A stretch of 64,000 nt of DNA from an uncultured Chloroflexia bacterium (lineage in GTDB: Bacteria; Chloroflexota; Limnocylindria; Limnocylindrales; CSP1-4), in NCBI GenBank assembly GCA_963833225.1, contig CAWHXD010000006.1, forward strand, positions 64,001 through 128,000, read 5' to 3'. Shown here one piece after another: positions 50,434 to 58,780 of the stretch (its first letter is position 1; each line of letters starts with the position of its first letter). The position numbers and the translations under genes were made by a program. Under the pieces are notes generated by a model. That model was not told the DNA's origin. It saw only the letters and a program-made list of their open reading frames with translations, and did no database searches.

Positions 50434-50805
50434 TGGTGGAGATGGGGGAGAGTCGAACTCCCCGTCCAGAACCCTTCGCCTGGATCCACTACGAGCGTGT
50501 CCGATGATTTTCGTCAACCGGTCGGCCGCCCATCGGCAGGCTTCCGTCCGGTCCATTCACGTGTCCCTAGATCGGGCTTGGCTCCCGGGTACGCGACCTC
50601 TCCGGGGTTGCACCTTCGCTAAGTGACACTTCCACGGCCCGCGAAGGGGAGGCCGCTTCCATGCTCACCTTACCGCCTAAGCGGCGAGGGCGAGAGCAGG
50701 CTGCTTGTTGGCAGTTACTTCTGTTTGCCGCCTGTTTTACGAGGCCTGACGGCACCTCGGCTCGCGTCTCCAGACAGCTGAGCCCTGTCGAAACCACGCA
50801 TCCCC
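50434..50805 (-). ncRNA. ssrA: tmRNA (372 nt); tag peptide (A)ANKQPALALAA
   Basis: 5' GGGGATG pairs with 3' CATCTCC-ACCA including a G3.U pair; T-arm GGGGAGTTCGACTCTCCCC; tag ORF GCC (50712) to TAG (50677) after AACT; TGCTAGGAT extended -10 upstream. Confidence 0.96.
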
Positions 50806-50932
50806 ACAGGATCGAACCGCTGTTCGGGGCGCGAATCCTAGCACTGGTCCTGCGGCAGGGCGAGCGGACCGTGATGAGGTTGCCCTGCGGGCGCGGTTGA
50901 CATCGGCCGTGGGGCACGCGCACCCTCGGCGC

Positions 50933-51523
50933 ATGACGACGCGACGCGTCTCCTGGCGACGGTCGGACGAGGTCCGGTCGGACGAGGTGTGCACGATCAC
51001 GGTGCGGGATGCCGGCCTGTCCCTTGTCGGGACCGTGCTGGGTGCGGAGGGCGGCGTCCCGGTCCGCACGGAGTACCGGATCCTCACCGATGCCAGCGGT
51101 GCCACGTCGGCGGTCCACGTCCGGGACCTGCGCGGGTTCGGGCAGCGCACCCTGATGCTCGCACGCGATGCGAGAGGTGCCTGGACGCTCGACGGCGTGG
51201 TCATCCGCGAGCTCAAGGGCTGCCTCGACGTCGATCTCGGGTGCAGCCCGTCGACGAACACGCTGCCGATCCGCCGCCTCCACCTGGGCATCGGCAGCTC
51301 GAAGACGGTCAAGGCGGCCATGATCCGGTTCCCTGACCTTGTCGTGGGGCCCGTCGGACAGGTGTACACGCGCGTCGACGAGTTCACGTACCGCTACGCC
51401 GCGGGTTCGTTCGAGGCGGAGCTGATCGTGGACGAGGACGGCGTGGTGGCCCAGTACGCCGGCTGGGAGCGCACGGGCGTGGCGACGGGGCCGGACGACA
51501 CCGCCCCGCTGGACGCGCGGTAG
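50933..51523 (+). CDS. Putative glycolipid-binding domain protein
   Basis: GCLDVDLGCSPSTNTLPIRRL, QVYTR, VDEDGVV..Y. Confidence 0.8.
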   Translation: MTTRRVSWRRSDEVRSDEVCTITVRDAGLSLVGTVLGAEGGVPVRTEYRILTDASGATSAVHVRDLRGFGQRTLMLARDARGAWTLDGVVIRELKGCLDVDLGCSPSTNTLPIRRLHLGIGSSKTVKAAMIRFPDLVVGPVGQVYTRVDEFTYRYAAGSFEAELIVDEDGVVAQYAGWERTGVATGPDDTAPLDAR

Positions 51524-51557
51524 CCGGCACCGTCGAGCGTCGCCCGAGTATCAGCCG

Positions 51558-51965
51558 ATGGAGATCCGCGTTGCCGGGGCAGCCGACCTCGACGCCGTTG
51601 TCGCCCTGTGGCACGTGACCGGGCTCACGCGCCCGTGGAACGACCCGGTCGCCGACTTCGAGCGCGCCCTCGGAGGCGAGGCATCCACGATCCTGGTGGG
51701 CACCGACGGTGGCGAGCTGGCAGCCGTGGCGATGGTCGGCGACGACGGGCACCGTGGCTGGATCTACTACGTTGCCGTCCCCGAAGCGCGACGCGGGACG
51801 GGGCTGGGCGCCGCCATCGTCGATGCGGCCGAGGACTGGCTTCGCGCCCGAGGGTGTCCCAAGGTCCAGCTGATGGTCCGCGAGGAGAACGAGGCGGTCG
51901 TCGGGTTCTACCACGCCCTGGGCTACGAGCGCACCGAGGTCCTGGTGCTTGGCAAGTTCCTCTGA
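51558..51965 (+). CDS. GNAT acetyltransferase (YpeA-like)
   Basis: LTRPWNDP, DGHRGWIYYVAV, RGTGLG, GFYHALGY. Confidence 0.88.
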   Translation: MEIRVAGAADLDAVVALWHVTGLTRPWNDPVADFERALGGEASTILVGTDGGELAAVAMVGDDGHRGWIYYVAVPEARRGTGLGAAIVDAAEDWLRARGCPKVQLMVREENEAVVGFYHALGYERTEVLVLGKFL

Positions 51966-52028
51966 GATGGCCCCGCGCCCATCGCCGGAACCTCGGTCGC
52001 GGGTCACAGGAGCCGCTACCATCGGCCG

Positions 52029-52652
52029 ATGCGCCTGATCCCATGGGAGGAGGAGCGCCTCCAGGTCTTCGCCGCCGCCGAGCTCGCCCGGCGCCATCGC
52101 GCGGCGGGCATGCCGCTCAACCACCCGGAGACGATCGCCCTCATCTGTGACGCGATGCTCGAGGCGGCGCGGGCTGGAGCGACCGATGCCGAGGTGGAGG
52201 CGGCCGGCCGCGGGGCGGTGGCGCCCGACCAGGTCATGGACGGCGTTCGGGAGCTGATCCGCGAGGTGCGCCTGGAGGTGCTGCTGGGCGATGGCTCCCG
52301 GCTCATCGTGCTGCAGGACCCGCTCGGCCGCGGGACGCCGCCGGACCCGTTCGGACCGGGGGCGCTGGTGATCGGCGATCCCCGTGAGGTCGAGGTCAAC
52401 GAGGGCCGCGAGGCGATCTCGCTCGAGGTGACGAGCCGGTCGGCACGCCGGATCCGGATCTCGTCCCACTATCCGTTCCACCGCGTCAACCCGCGCCTCG
52501 AGTTGGATCGCGAGGCGGCCCGCGGGTTCCGTCTCGACCTGCCGGCCGGCGCGTACGAGGGCTGGGAGCCGGGCGAGACGAAGACGGTGCGGCTCGTGCG
52601 CTATGCGGGAGCTGGCGGGATCGACGACGACGCGCCCGAGCCGGAACGGTGA
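52029..52652 (+). CDS. ureAB: Fused urease gamma/beta subunit (divergent)
   Basis: Gamma part: MRLIPWEEERL..AAELARR..LNHPE. Beta part: NEGR..SHY.F..VN...GFRLDLPAG...EPGE. Confidence 0.85.
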   Translation: MRLIPWEEERLQVFAAAELARRHRAAGMPLNHPETIALICDAMLEAARAGATDAEVEAAGRGAVAPDQVMDGVRELIREVRLEVLLGDGSRLIVLQDPLGRGTPPDPFGPGALVIGDPREVEVNEGREAISLEVTSRSARRIRISSHYPFHRVNPRLELDREAARGFRLDLPAGAYEGWEPGETKTVRLVRYAGAGGIDDDAPEPER

Positions 52653-54367
52653 GCCGTCTCTCCCCCGAGGAGCTCCGGGCGCGGTACGGCGCGACGACCG
52701 GGGACCGCGTGCGCCTCGGCGACACGGACCTGTGGGTGAAGGTCGCCGAGGACCGGACGGCGCGCGGCGACGAGCCGCTCTGGGGCTACGCGAAGAACCT
52801 CCGCTCGCGAATGACGCAATGGGACCAGGCGGCCGGGCCATCGGAGCTCGATGTGGTCCTGGTCGGTGCCCTGGTGATCGACCCCGTGGTCGGCGTGGTC
52901 AAGGCGGACATCGGGATCAAGGACGGCCGGATCGCGGGCATCGGGCGGGCGGGGAGTCCGGCGATCAGCGACGGGATCGACCTCGTGGTCGGCCCGAACA
53001 CGAAGGCGTACATGGCCTACGGGCTGATCGCAACGCCGGGCGCGGTGGACTCACACGTTCACACCATCGGCCCCGAGCTGCTCCCGCCGGCGCTCGCAGC
53101 CGGGGTGACGACGCTCATCACGGCCGGGTTCGAGGAGCCGCCGTTCGCGATGGAGCGCGTCCTCGCGAGTCTCGAGTCGTGGCCGGTGAACGTCGGGATG
53201 CAGGCGGGGGCCAGGGCGATGAACGAGGGCCACCTCGACAGCCTCGTGGATGCCGGCGCGATCGGGTTCAAGATCCACGAGGACAACGGCGCCTATCCCG
53301 AGCTGATCGACTGGGTGCTGCGCTACGCGGATGCGCGCGACCTCTCGGTCTCCCTCCACACGGACGGGCTCCACGAGTCGGCCGAGCTCGAGGACACGGT
53401 CGCGGCGATTGCCGGGCGAACCGTGCACGCCTACCACGTCGAAGGGTCCGGCGGCGGCCACGTGCCGGACCTCCTGGGACTCGTGCGCGAGCCATCGATC
53501 CTGTGCTCGTCCACCACGCCGACCTTGCCGTTCGGGGTCCACGCTGCGGCCGAGCACCTGCCGATGACCGTCCTCAACCACGGGCTGTCATGGGACATCC
53601 CGGGCGATGTCGAGCTGGTGCGCGAGCGGATCATCGAAGCGCGGATGGCTGCCGAGGGGCCGCTCCACGAGCTGGGCGCGATCGGGATCGTCAACTCCGA
53701 CTCCCAGGGCATGGGCCGCATCGGCGAGACGGTCCGCCGGACGTTCCAGCTGGCGCACGTGATGAAGGCCTGGCGACGCTCCGCGGCGGCCGAGGGCGTC
53801 CCGGGGCTCCCACCGGACCCTGGTCTCGTCGATCCGGACGACCGCGACGACAGCGAGCGGGTCCTGCGCTACCTGGCCAAGGTGACCGTCGAACCGGCGA
53901 TCACGCACGGGGTCTCAGCGCACGTCGGGTCGCTGCAGCCCGGGCGCATCGCCGACGTCGTGCTGTGGTCGCCCGGGTTCTTCGGCGTCAAGCCGGAGTG
54001 GGTGTTCAAGGGCGGCTTCCCGGCCTGGGGACCGCTCGGCGACGGCAACGCCTCGCTGGAGCGCGCGGAGCCCACGCGGTACCGCGCCGACTGGGCGGGC
54101 GTCGCGACGGCCGCGTGGCGCTCGTCCGTGACATTCGTGGCGTCGTCGGTGGACCGCGACGCGCTCGCCCGGCGGCTGGGGACGCGGCGGACCCTACTGG
54201 CGGCCACGGGACAGCGAGGGCTCACGCGCGCGTCGCTTGCCCGGAACCGCGCCACGGCGCCCGTGGACATCGATGTCCGGACTGGCGAGGTGTCCCTGGA
54301 CGGGCGCCGACTCGCGGTGGAACCCGTGAGCGAGGTCCCGCTCAGCCGCCGCTACCTGATGCGGTAG
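52649..54367 (+). CDS. ureC: Urease alpha-subunit homolog with an altered substrate pocket
   Basis: YGATTGDRVRLGDT, DSHVH, GFKIHED, HTD, HVEGSGGGH, SDSQGMGR, PAITHG; flap Cys absent. Confidence 0.85.
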   Translation: MSRLSPEELRARYGATTGDRVRLGDTDLWVKVAEDRTARGDEPLWGYAKNLRSRMTQWDQAAGPSELDVVLVGALVIDPVVGVVKADIGIKDGRIAGIGRAGSPAISDGIDLVVGPNTKAYMAYGLIATPGAVDSHVHTIGPELLPPALAAGVTTLITAGFEEPPFAMERVLASLESWPVNVGMQAGARAMNEGHLDSLVDAGAIGFKIHEDNGAYPELIDWVLRYADARDLSVSLHTDGLHESAELEDTVAAIAGRTVHAYHVEGSGGGHVPDLLGLVREPSILCSSTTPTLPFGVHAAAEHLPMTVLNHGLSWDIPGDVELVRERIIEARMAAEGPLHELGAIGIVNSDSQGMGRIGETVRRTFQLAHVMKAWRRSAAAEGVPGLPPDPGLVDPDDRDDSERVLRYLAKVTVEPAITHGVSAHVGSLQPGRIADVVLWSPGFFGVKPEWVFKGGFPAWGPLGDGNASLERAEPTRYRADWAGVATAAWRSSVTFVASSVDRDALARRLGTRRTLLAATGQRGLTRASLARNRATAPVDIDVRTGEVSLDGRRLAVEPVSEVPLSRRYLMR

Positions 54368-54644
54368 CGGGAGCCTCCACCCGTAGCGGGTCAATGGGCT
54401 CCCTCGGTCGCTGCCGGGGACCACGCGTCGCGGGTACACCCGCAATCAGGTCTGCGCGGGGCGTGACGGTCCCCGACATGACCGGTCCCGGCGCCTGGCC
54501 AGGCCATGTCAGGGCCCCCGAGTCCCCGCCTACGGGGGCCGAGACCCCGACCTAGCGACCCGGGGTCCCCGCGGCGTCTCCGCGGAAGATCGCGGCATGA
54601 TCCCGCGCCGAGAGGCGCGCGCGTGCGGTGCGAAACGTGGTGAC

Positions 54645-55697
54645 CTACCAGATGTCCCCGACCGTATACCCCTCCGGAAACGGGTCGCTCGGGTCCACCA
54701 CGTACGACGCAAAGCCCGTGATCCAGGCGGTGCCCGTGATGGTTGGCACGACAGCCGTGCGCTCTCCGATCCGGGTCTCCTCCACCAGGCGTCCCGTGAA
54801 CACCGTCCCGAGGATGCCCTCGTGCCGGAAGTCCTCGTCCAGCCCCAGCCGGCCCTTCGCATGGAGCACAGCCATCTTGGCGCACGTCCCCGTCCCGCAC
54901 GGCGAACGGTCGATGACGCCCGTCCACGTGGACGGCTTCGACCAGTCCAGCGCCCCCGTGGACACCGTGACCACGTTCCGCCACGAGTTCATCGCGTCGT
55001 GCGCGGGACCCGACAGCTGCCCGATCGTGATCCCCGCGAACCCCGGCTGCTCCGGGTGGACCACCGGCAGCTGCTCCGCCGCGGCCGCCTTGATCATCTC
55101 GGTGACACGCGTGATGTCCCGACCCTCGTCGGGCACGAGCCGGAACCCCAGCGCCTCCGCGTCGGCGATGACGTAGAACATGCCCCCGTAGGCCACGTCG
55201 ACGACGACCGTGCCCAGCTGCGGGACCTCGATCGGGACGTCGAGGTGGGTCGCGAAGGCCGGCACGTTGCGGAACGTCACGCCGGTGACCTTGCCGTTGG
55301 CGCAGGTCGCCCGGATCCGGATCAGGCCGGCGGGGGCCTCGAGCACCACCTCGGTGACGGGCTCGGTCATCGGCAGCATGCCCGTCTCGAGCAGCACCGT
55401 CGCCACGCAGATCGTGTTGGTGCCCGACATCCCCGGGTACTCGACGTGCTCCATGATCACGTAGCCGGCATCGGCCTCGGGGCGCGTCGGGGGCAGGATC
55501 ACGTTGGCGCACAGGGCCGGGTAGCCGCGCGGCTCGCGGAGCATCAGGCGGCGGAGCTCGTCCCCTTGCTGCTCGAGGTGGCGGGCCTTCTCGAGCATCG
55601 TCGCGCCCGGCACGTCCAGCACGCCGCCGACGATGACCCGGCCCGGCTCGCCCGCCGCGTGGGCGTCGACCGCCTGGAGCATCCGCGCGAGCCGCAT
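54645..55697 (-). CDS. Proline racemase family protein (Ser/Cys type)
   Basis: DAHAAGEPGR, REPRG, MSGTN, DVAYGG, DRSPCGTGT; GAGGAGG Shine-Dalgarno. Confidence 0.9.
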   Translation of the reverse strand: MRLARMLQAVDAHAAGEPGRVIVGGVLDVPGATMLEKARHLEQQGDELRRLMLREPRGYPALCANVILPPTRPEADAGYVIMEHVEYPGMSGTNTICVATVLLETGMLPMTEPVTEVVLEAPAGLIRIRATCANGKVTGVTFRNVPAFATHLDVPIEVPQLGTVVVDVAYGGMFYVIADAEALGFRLVPDEGRDITRVTEMIKAAAAEQLPVVHPEQPGFAGITIGQLSGPAHDAMNSWRNVVTVSTGALDWSKPSTWTGVIDRSPCGTGTCAKMAVLHAKGRLGLDEDFRHEGILGTVFTGRLVEETRIGERTAVVPTITGTAWITGFASYVVDPSDPFPEGYTVGDIW

Positions 55698-55809
55698 CCC
55701 GTCCTCCTCGTGCCGCCGGCAGGTACCGGCTGAGGAGAGCCTAGGGAATGCGGGCGGTGTTCGTGTACCGTGGACAACCGGGCCCGAGGCGACGACAGGG
55801 GATGGTCGG

Positions 55810-56922
55810 ATGTTCGAAGACGAGGTGGCGAGCCTGTTTCCCGCGCTCGCCGGGACCACCTATCTCAACACGGCAACGATGGGCGTCCCACCGTCGGCGG
55901 CAGTCGAGGCGCTCCGGGCGGCGGCCGACGACTGGGGCCGGGGCCGACTCGACTGGGCCGAGGCGGAACGAGCCGGGGACGAGGCCCGGGCGATGTTCGG
56001 GCAGCTCGTGCATGCGCCGGCTGGGGCCGTCGCGATCGTCCCGTATGCGAGCGCCGTCGCCGGTCTCCTCGCCGAACACCTGTTCCGACGCCATCCGGCG
56101 GGCGGCAACATCGTCGTCGGCGCCGAGGAGTTCACCTCGAACCTGTTCCCGTGGAAGGGCCTCGAGCCGCACGGGTTCGAGGTTCGCATGATCCCGTATG
56201 TCGATGGGGCAGTCCCGGAGGCCGCGATCGCCGCGGCCGTGGACCGCGAGACGCGCCTCGTTGCCGTCAGCGCCGTGCAGTCCGCGTCGGGCTACCGCGC
56301 CGACATCGCCCGGCTCCGCGAAGCCGCGGGGAGCGCGCTGCTCTATGTCGATGCCGCCCAGGCCGCGGGCATGATTCCGATCGATGTGACCGCACTCGGG
56401 ATCGACGCGCTCGCCACTCCAAGCCACAAGTTTCTGGTTGGCGTGCGTGGGATGGGCTACGGCGTGTTCTCAGCCCGCCTGCTCGACCGGATGACGCCGG
56501 TGTGGCCGGGGTGGAAGGCGGCCGCCTCCCCGATGACCAGCTTCTACGGTCCGGAGATGGTGCTCTCACCGACGGCCTCGCGACTGGACATGCCGCTGCC
56601 GTGGCTCAACGCGCTCGCCGAGCGCGAATCGATGCGCGTCCTCGCCGAGCTCGGTACGGACCGGATCCACGCGCACGACGAGGCGATGGCATCCAGGCTC
56701 ACCGAGGGACTGACGGACGCGGGTGTCCCCTTCCTCGACCATGGCGCCACGCACCGCTCGTCCATCATCTCGTGCGCGCCGGTATCGCCGGACGTCAGCG
56801 CGAGGCTGGCGGAGGCGGGCGTCATCGCGGGCGTCCGGGCCGGCCGCGTGCGGCTCGCCCTGCACCTGTACTCGACGAGCGCGCAGGTGGCGCGGGTCGT
56901 GGAGCTGCTGGCGCGACCCTAG
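55810..56922 (+). CDS. Class V PLP-dependent enzyme (aminotransferase/lyase fold)
   Basis: YLNTATMG, EFTSN, VDAAQAAG, SHKFLVG (PLP lysine); no desulfurase catalytic Cys near the C-terminus. Confidence 0.85.
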   Translation: MFEDEVASLFPALAGTTYLNTATMGVPPSAAVEALRAAADDWGRGRLDWAEAERAGDEARAMFGQLVHAPAGAVAIVPYASAVAGLLAEHLFRRHPAGGNIVVGAEEFTSNLFPWKGLEPHGFEVRMIPYVDGAVPEAAIAAAVDRETRLVAVSAVQSASGYRADIARLREAAGSALLYVDAAQAAGMIPIDVTALGIDALATPSHKFLVGVRGMGYGVFSARLLDRMTPVWPGWKAAASPMTSFYGPEMVLSPTASRLDMPLPWLNALAERESMRVLAELGTDRIHAHDEAMASRLTEGLTDAGVPFLDHGATHRSSIISCAPVSPDVSARLAEAGVIAGVRAGRVRLALHLYSTSAQVARVVELLARP

Positions 56923-57845
56923 CCCGTGCGGGCGTCCGTGAGCTGCCGATCGGCATCCCCGGCCGCCGATCGCACCGTGATGGCCGCCACGGCCACCACC
57001 ACGACGGCCGCCCCCACCCATTGCAGAGCCTCCAGCCGCTCCCCGGCGAGCGATGCGGCCGCCACCCCGAACACGGGAATCAGGTAGAAGGACACGGCGG
57101 CGATCGACGCGGGAACCGCTCGCAGGCCGGTGAGGTAGAGCCAGTAGGCCAGGCCGTAGTAGATGAGCCCCGACGCGACCATGCTGGCCAGCCCACCGGC
57201 ACTGACCGCGGCCGGCACGACTGCCATGCCGGCAGCAGCCGCGGCTGCGAGCACCACCAGCGAGAACCCCAGCGCCCACGCCTGTTGCGCCGCGACCACC
57301 CCCAGCGTCGAGTCCATGCCCGGGAGCCATCGTCGCGTGGCCACCGTGTACACCGCGCAGCAGGCGACCCCAGCGACCGTCAGCGTCGCGCCGACCCAGC
57401 CGCCTGATGCCGTCGGCTCGTACAGCACGAGGAGGAGCCCGCCGACGGCCACCGCCGACAGCGCGAGGAGGGAGGCCCCCACCCGCTCGCGGAGCACCAG
57501 CCACGCGAGCAGCAGGATCAGCACCGGCTCGAGCGCCCATAACAGGACCGAGAGGCTGGCCGTGATCTGCGCCAGCCCGAGGAGGCTCAAGGCGTACGCC
57601 AGACCGGGGTTGAGCGCACCGAGCATGGCCAGGCGGCGGCCCCGAGGTCCGTCGGGCAGGTGCTCGCCGCGGCGGAGGGTCACGACGAGCAGGAAGGCGA
57701 CGCTGACTGCCAGCTGGATCGGCAGCAGCGCGAGCGGAGGGATTTCCGCGACGGCCTGTTTGCTGAGGACGACGCCGGTGCCCCAGCAGGCAGCGGCCAG
57801 AAGGAGCGCGACGGCAGGACGCCGGACGAGCAGTGAACCGGACAC
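56919..57845 (-). CDS. EamA/DMT-family transporter
   Basis: AACWG..VLSK, LEPV...LRER, LIPVFG...GE; about 10 TMs. Confidence 0.88.
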   Translation of the reverse strand: MSGSLLVRRPAVALLLAAACWGTGVVLSKQAVAEIPPLALLPIQLAVSVAFLLVVTLRRGEHLPDGPRGRRLAMLGALNPGLAYALSLLGLAQITASLSVLLWALEPVLILLLAWLVLRERVGASLLALSAVAVGGLLLVLYEPTASGGWVGATLTVAGVACCAVYTVATRRWLPGMDSTLGVVAAQQAWALGFSLVVLAAAAAAGMAVVPAAVSAGGLASMVASGLIYYGLAYWLYLTGLRAVPASIAAVSFYLIPVFGVAAASLAGERLEALQWVGAAVVVVAVAAITVRSAAGDADRQLTDARTG

Positions 57846-57984
57846 GAGAGACTCCGAAGCGGGAAGAGGCGACGAGACGGCTGGGCCTCAGCCTGGAGCG
57901 GGTTCGTCGTCGCAGCGAGCGTAGGACGGCGTCCGTTTTCGTCGCCCGGTCCGAGGTCGCCGGCAGGTCACGTTCCGGTCCTCG

Positions 57985-58446
57985 CTACCGGCGCCGTGCT
58001 TCGGCTACGGCGCGGTCCATGTCCCGCTTGCTGTCCCGCTCCTGGATCTCGCGCCGGCGGTCCCAGGTCTGCTTTCCGCGCGCCAGGCCCAGGAGCAGCT
58101 TGGCCTTGCCCCGATCGTTGATGTAGATCGAGAGCGGCACCAGGGTGAGGCCCTTGGCCTTGGTCTTGCCCAGCAGCTCATCGATCTCATCGCGGTGGAG
58201 GAGCAGCTTGCGGGCGCGCTTGGGCTCGTGGTTGAACCGGACGTCGGCGGATTCCCACGGCGCGATGTGCAACCCGATGATCCACGCCTCGTCACGCTCG
58301 ATGCGCGCGTACGCATCGGCCAGGCTGACCTTGTGCGCCCGGACGCTCTTGATCTCGGTGCCGCGCAGCACGATGCCCGCCTCGAAGGTGTCCTCGACGC
58401 TGTACTCGTGGCGCGCTCGTCGGTTCTGGGCGATGGTCTCGCCCAT
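57985..58446 (-). CDS. smpB: SsrA-binding protein
   Basis: IAQNRRARHEY, EAGIVLRGTEIKS, RKLLLH, GLARGK..WDRR; AGGAG Shine-Dalgarno. Confidence 0.97.
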   Translation of the reverse strand: MGETIAQNRRARHEYSVEDTFEAGIVLRGTEIKSVRAHKVSLADAYARIERDEAWIIGLHIAPWESADVRFNHEPKRARKLLLHRDEIDELLGKTKAKGLTLVPLSIYINDRGKAKLLLGLARGKQTWDRRREIQERDSKRDMDRAVAEARRR

Positions 58447-58568
58447 CGGTGGCTCCTCTCGTGGTGGCAGGCCAGTGTCGCACGGGGCGGGCTGGGGCTC
58501 CGGACGCCGGGCCCCGATGGGCCCCGGGCGACGGGGCCTGGATGGGCCCGGCGACGGCGCCGGACGCA

Positions 58569-58600
58569 CGAACGCCGGCCCGTTGCCGGACCGGCGTTCG
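58569..58600 (-). terminator. Strong hairpin with GCAA tetraloop, probable terminator of the small transcript
   Basis: Minus strand CGAACGCCGGTCCG-GCAA-CGGGCCGGCGTTCG; weak U-tail. Confidence 0.6.
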
Positions 58601-58631
58601 AATTGCTACCGACCACCCGTCGGGATCGTCT

Positions 58632-58682
58632 CTAGACGACGATCTCCGCCGAGGTGGTGCAGCAACTACTACTGTCGATCAC
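58632..58682 (-). CDS. Putative 16-aa small peptide MIDSSSCCTTSAEIVV within a structured small transcript
   Basis: GAAAGGAGGTGAT Shine-Dalgarno (58688-58700), GTG start, TAG stop; dedicated promoter upstream and hairpin downstream. Confidence 0.6.
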   Translation of the reverse strand: MIDSSSCCTTSAEIVV

Positions 58683-58711
58683 TGCACATCACCTCCTTTC
58701 GTTCGCAAGCG

Positions 58712-58740
58712 ACCCTACCCGATCCTGCTTGAGCGCGCAA
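58712..58740 (-). promoter_or_regulatory. Sigma70-type promoter of the small-ORF transcript
   Basis: TTGCGC (58735-58740), 17 bp, TAGGGT (58712-58717). Confidence 0.65.
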
Positions 58741-58780
58741 GCGCCGATTTCGCGGGGCCGGGTGGGGACCCGCCGACGCC

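Noticed and set aside
50434-50470. tRNA-like 3' end with T-arm and CCA
   Set aside because: Part of tmRNA; its pairing 5' end is 370 nt away and a tag ORF lies between.
58516-58563. Imperfect ~24-bp direct repeat (GATGGGCCC..GGCGACGG)
   Set aside because: Only two degenerate GC-rich copies, with no functional cue.
58687-58700. ATCACCTCCTTTC resembles the 16S rRNA 3' end
   Set aside because: No other rRNA sequence flanks it; better explained as a minus-strand Shine-Dalgarno.
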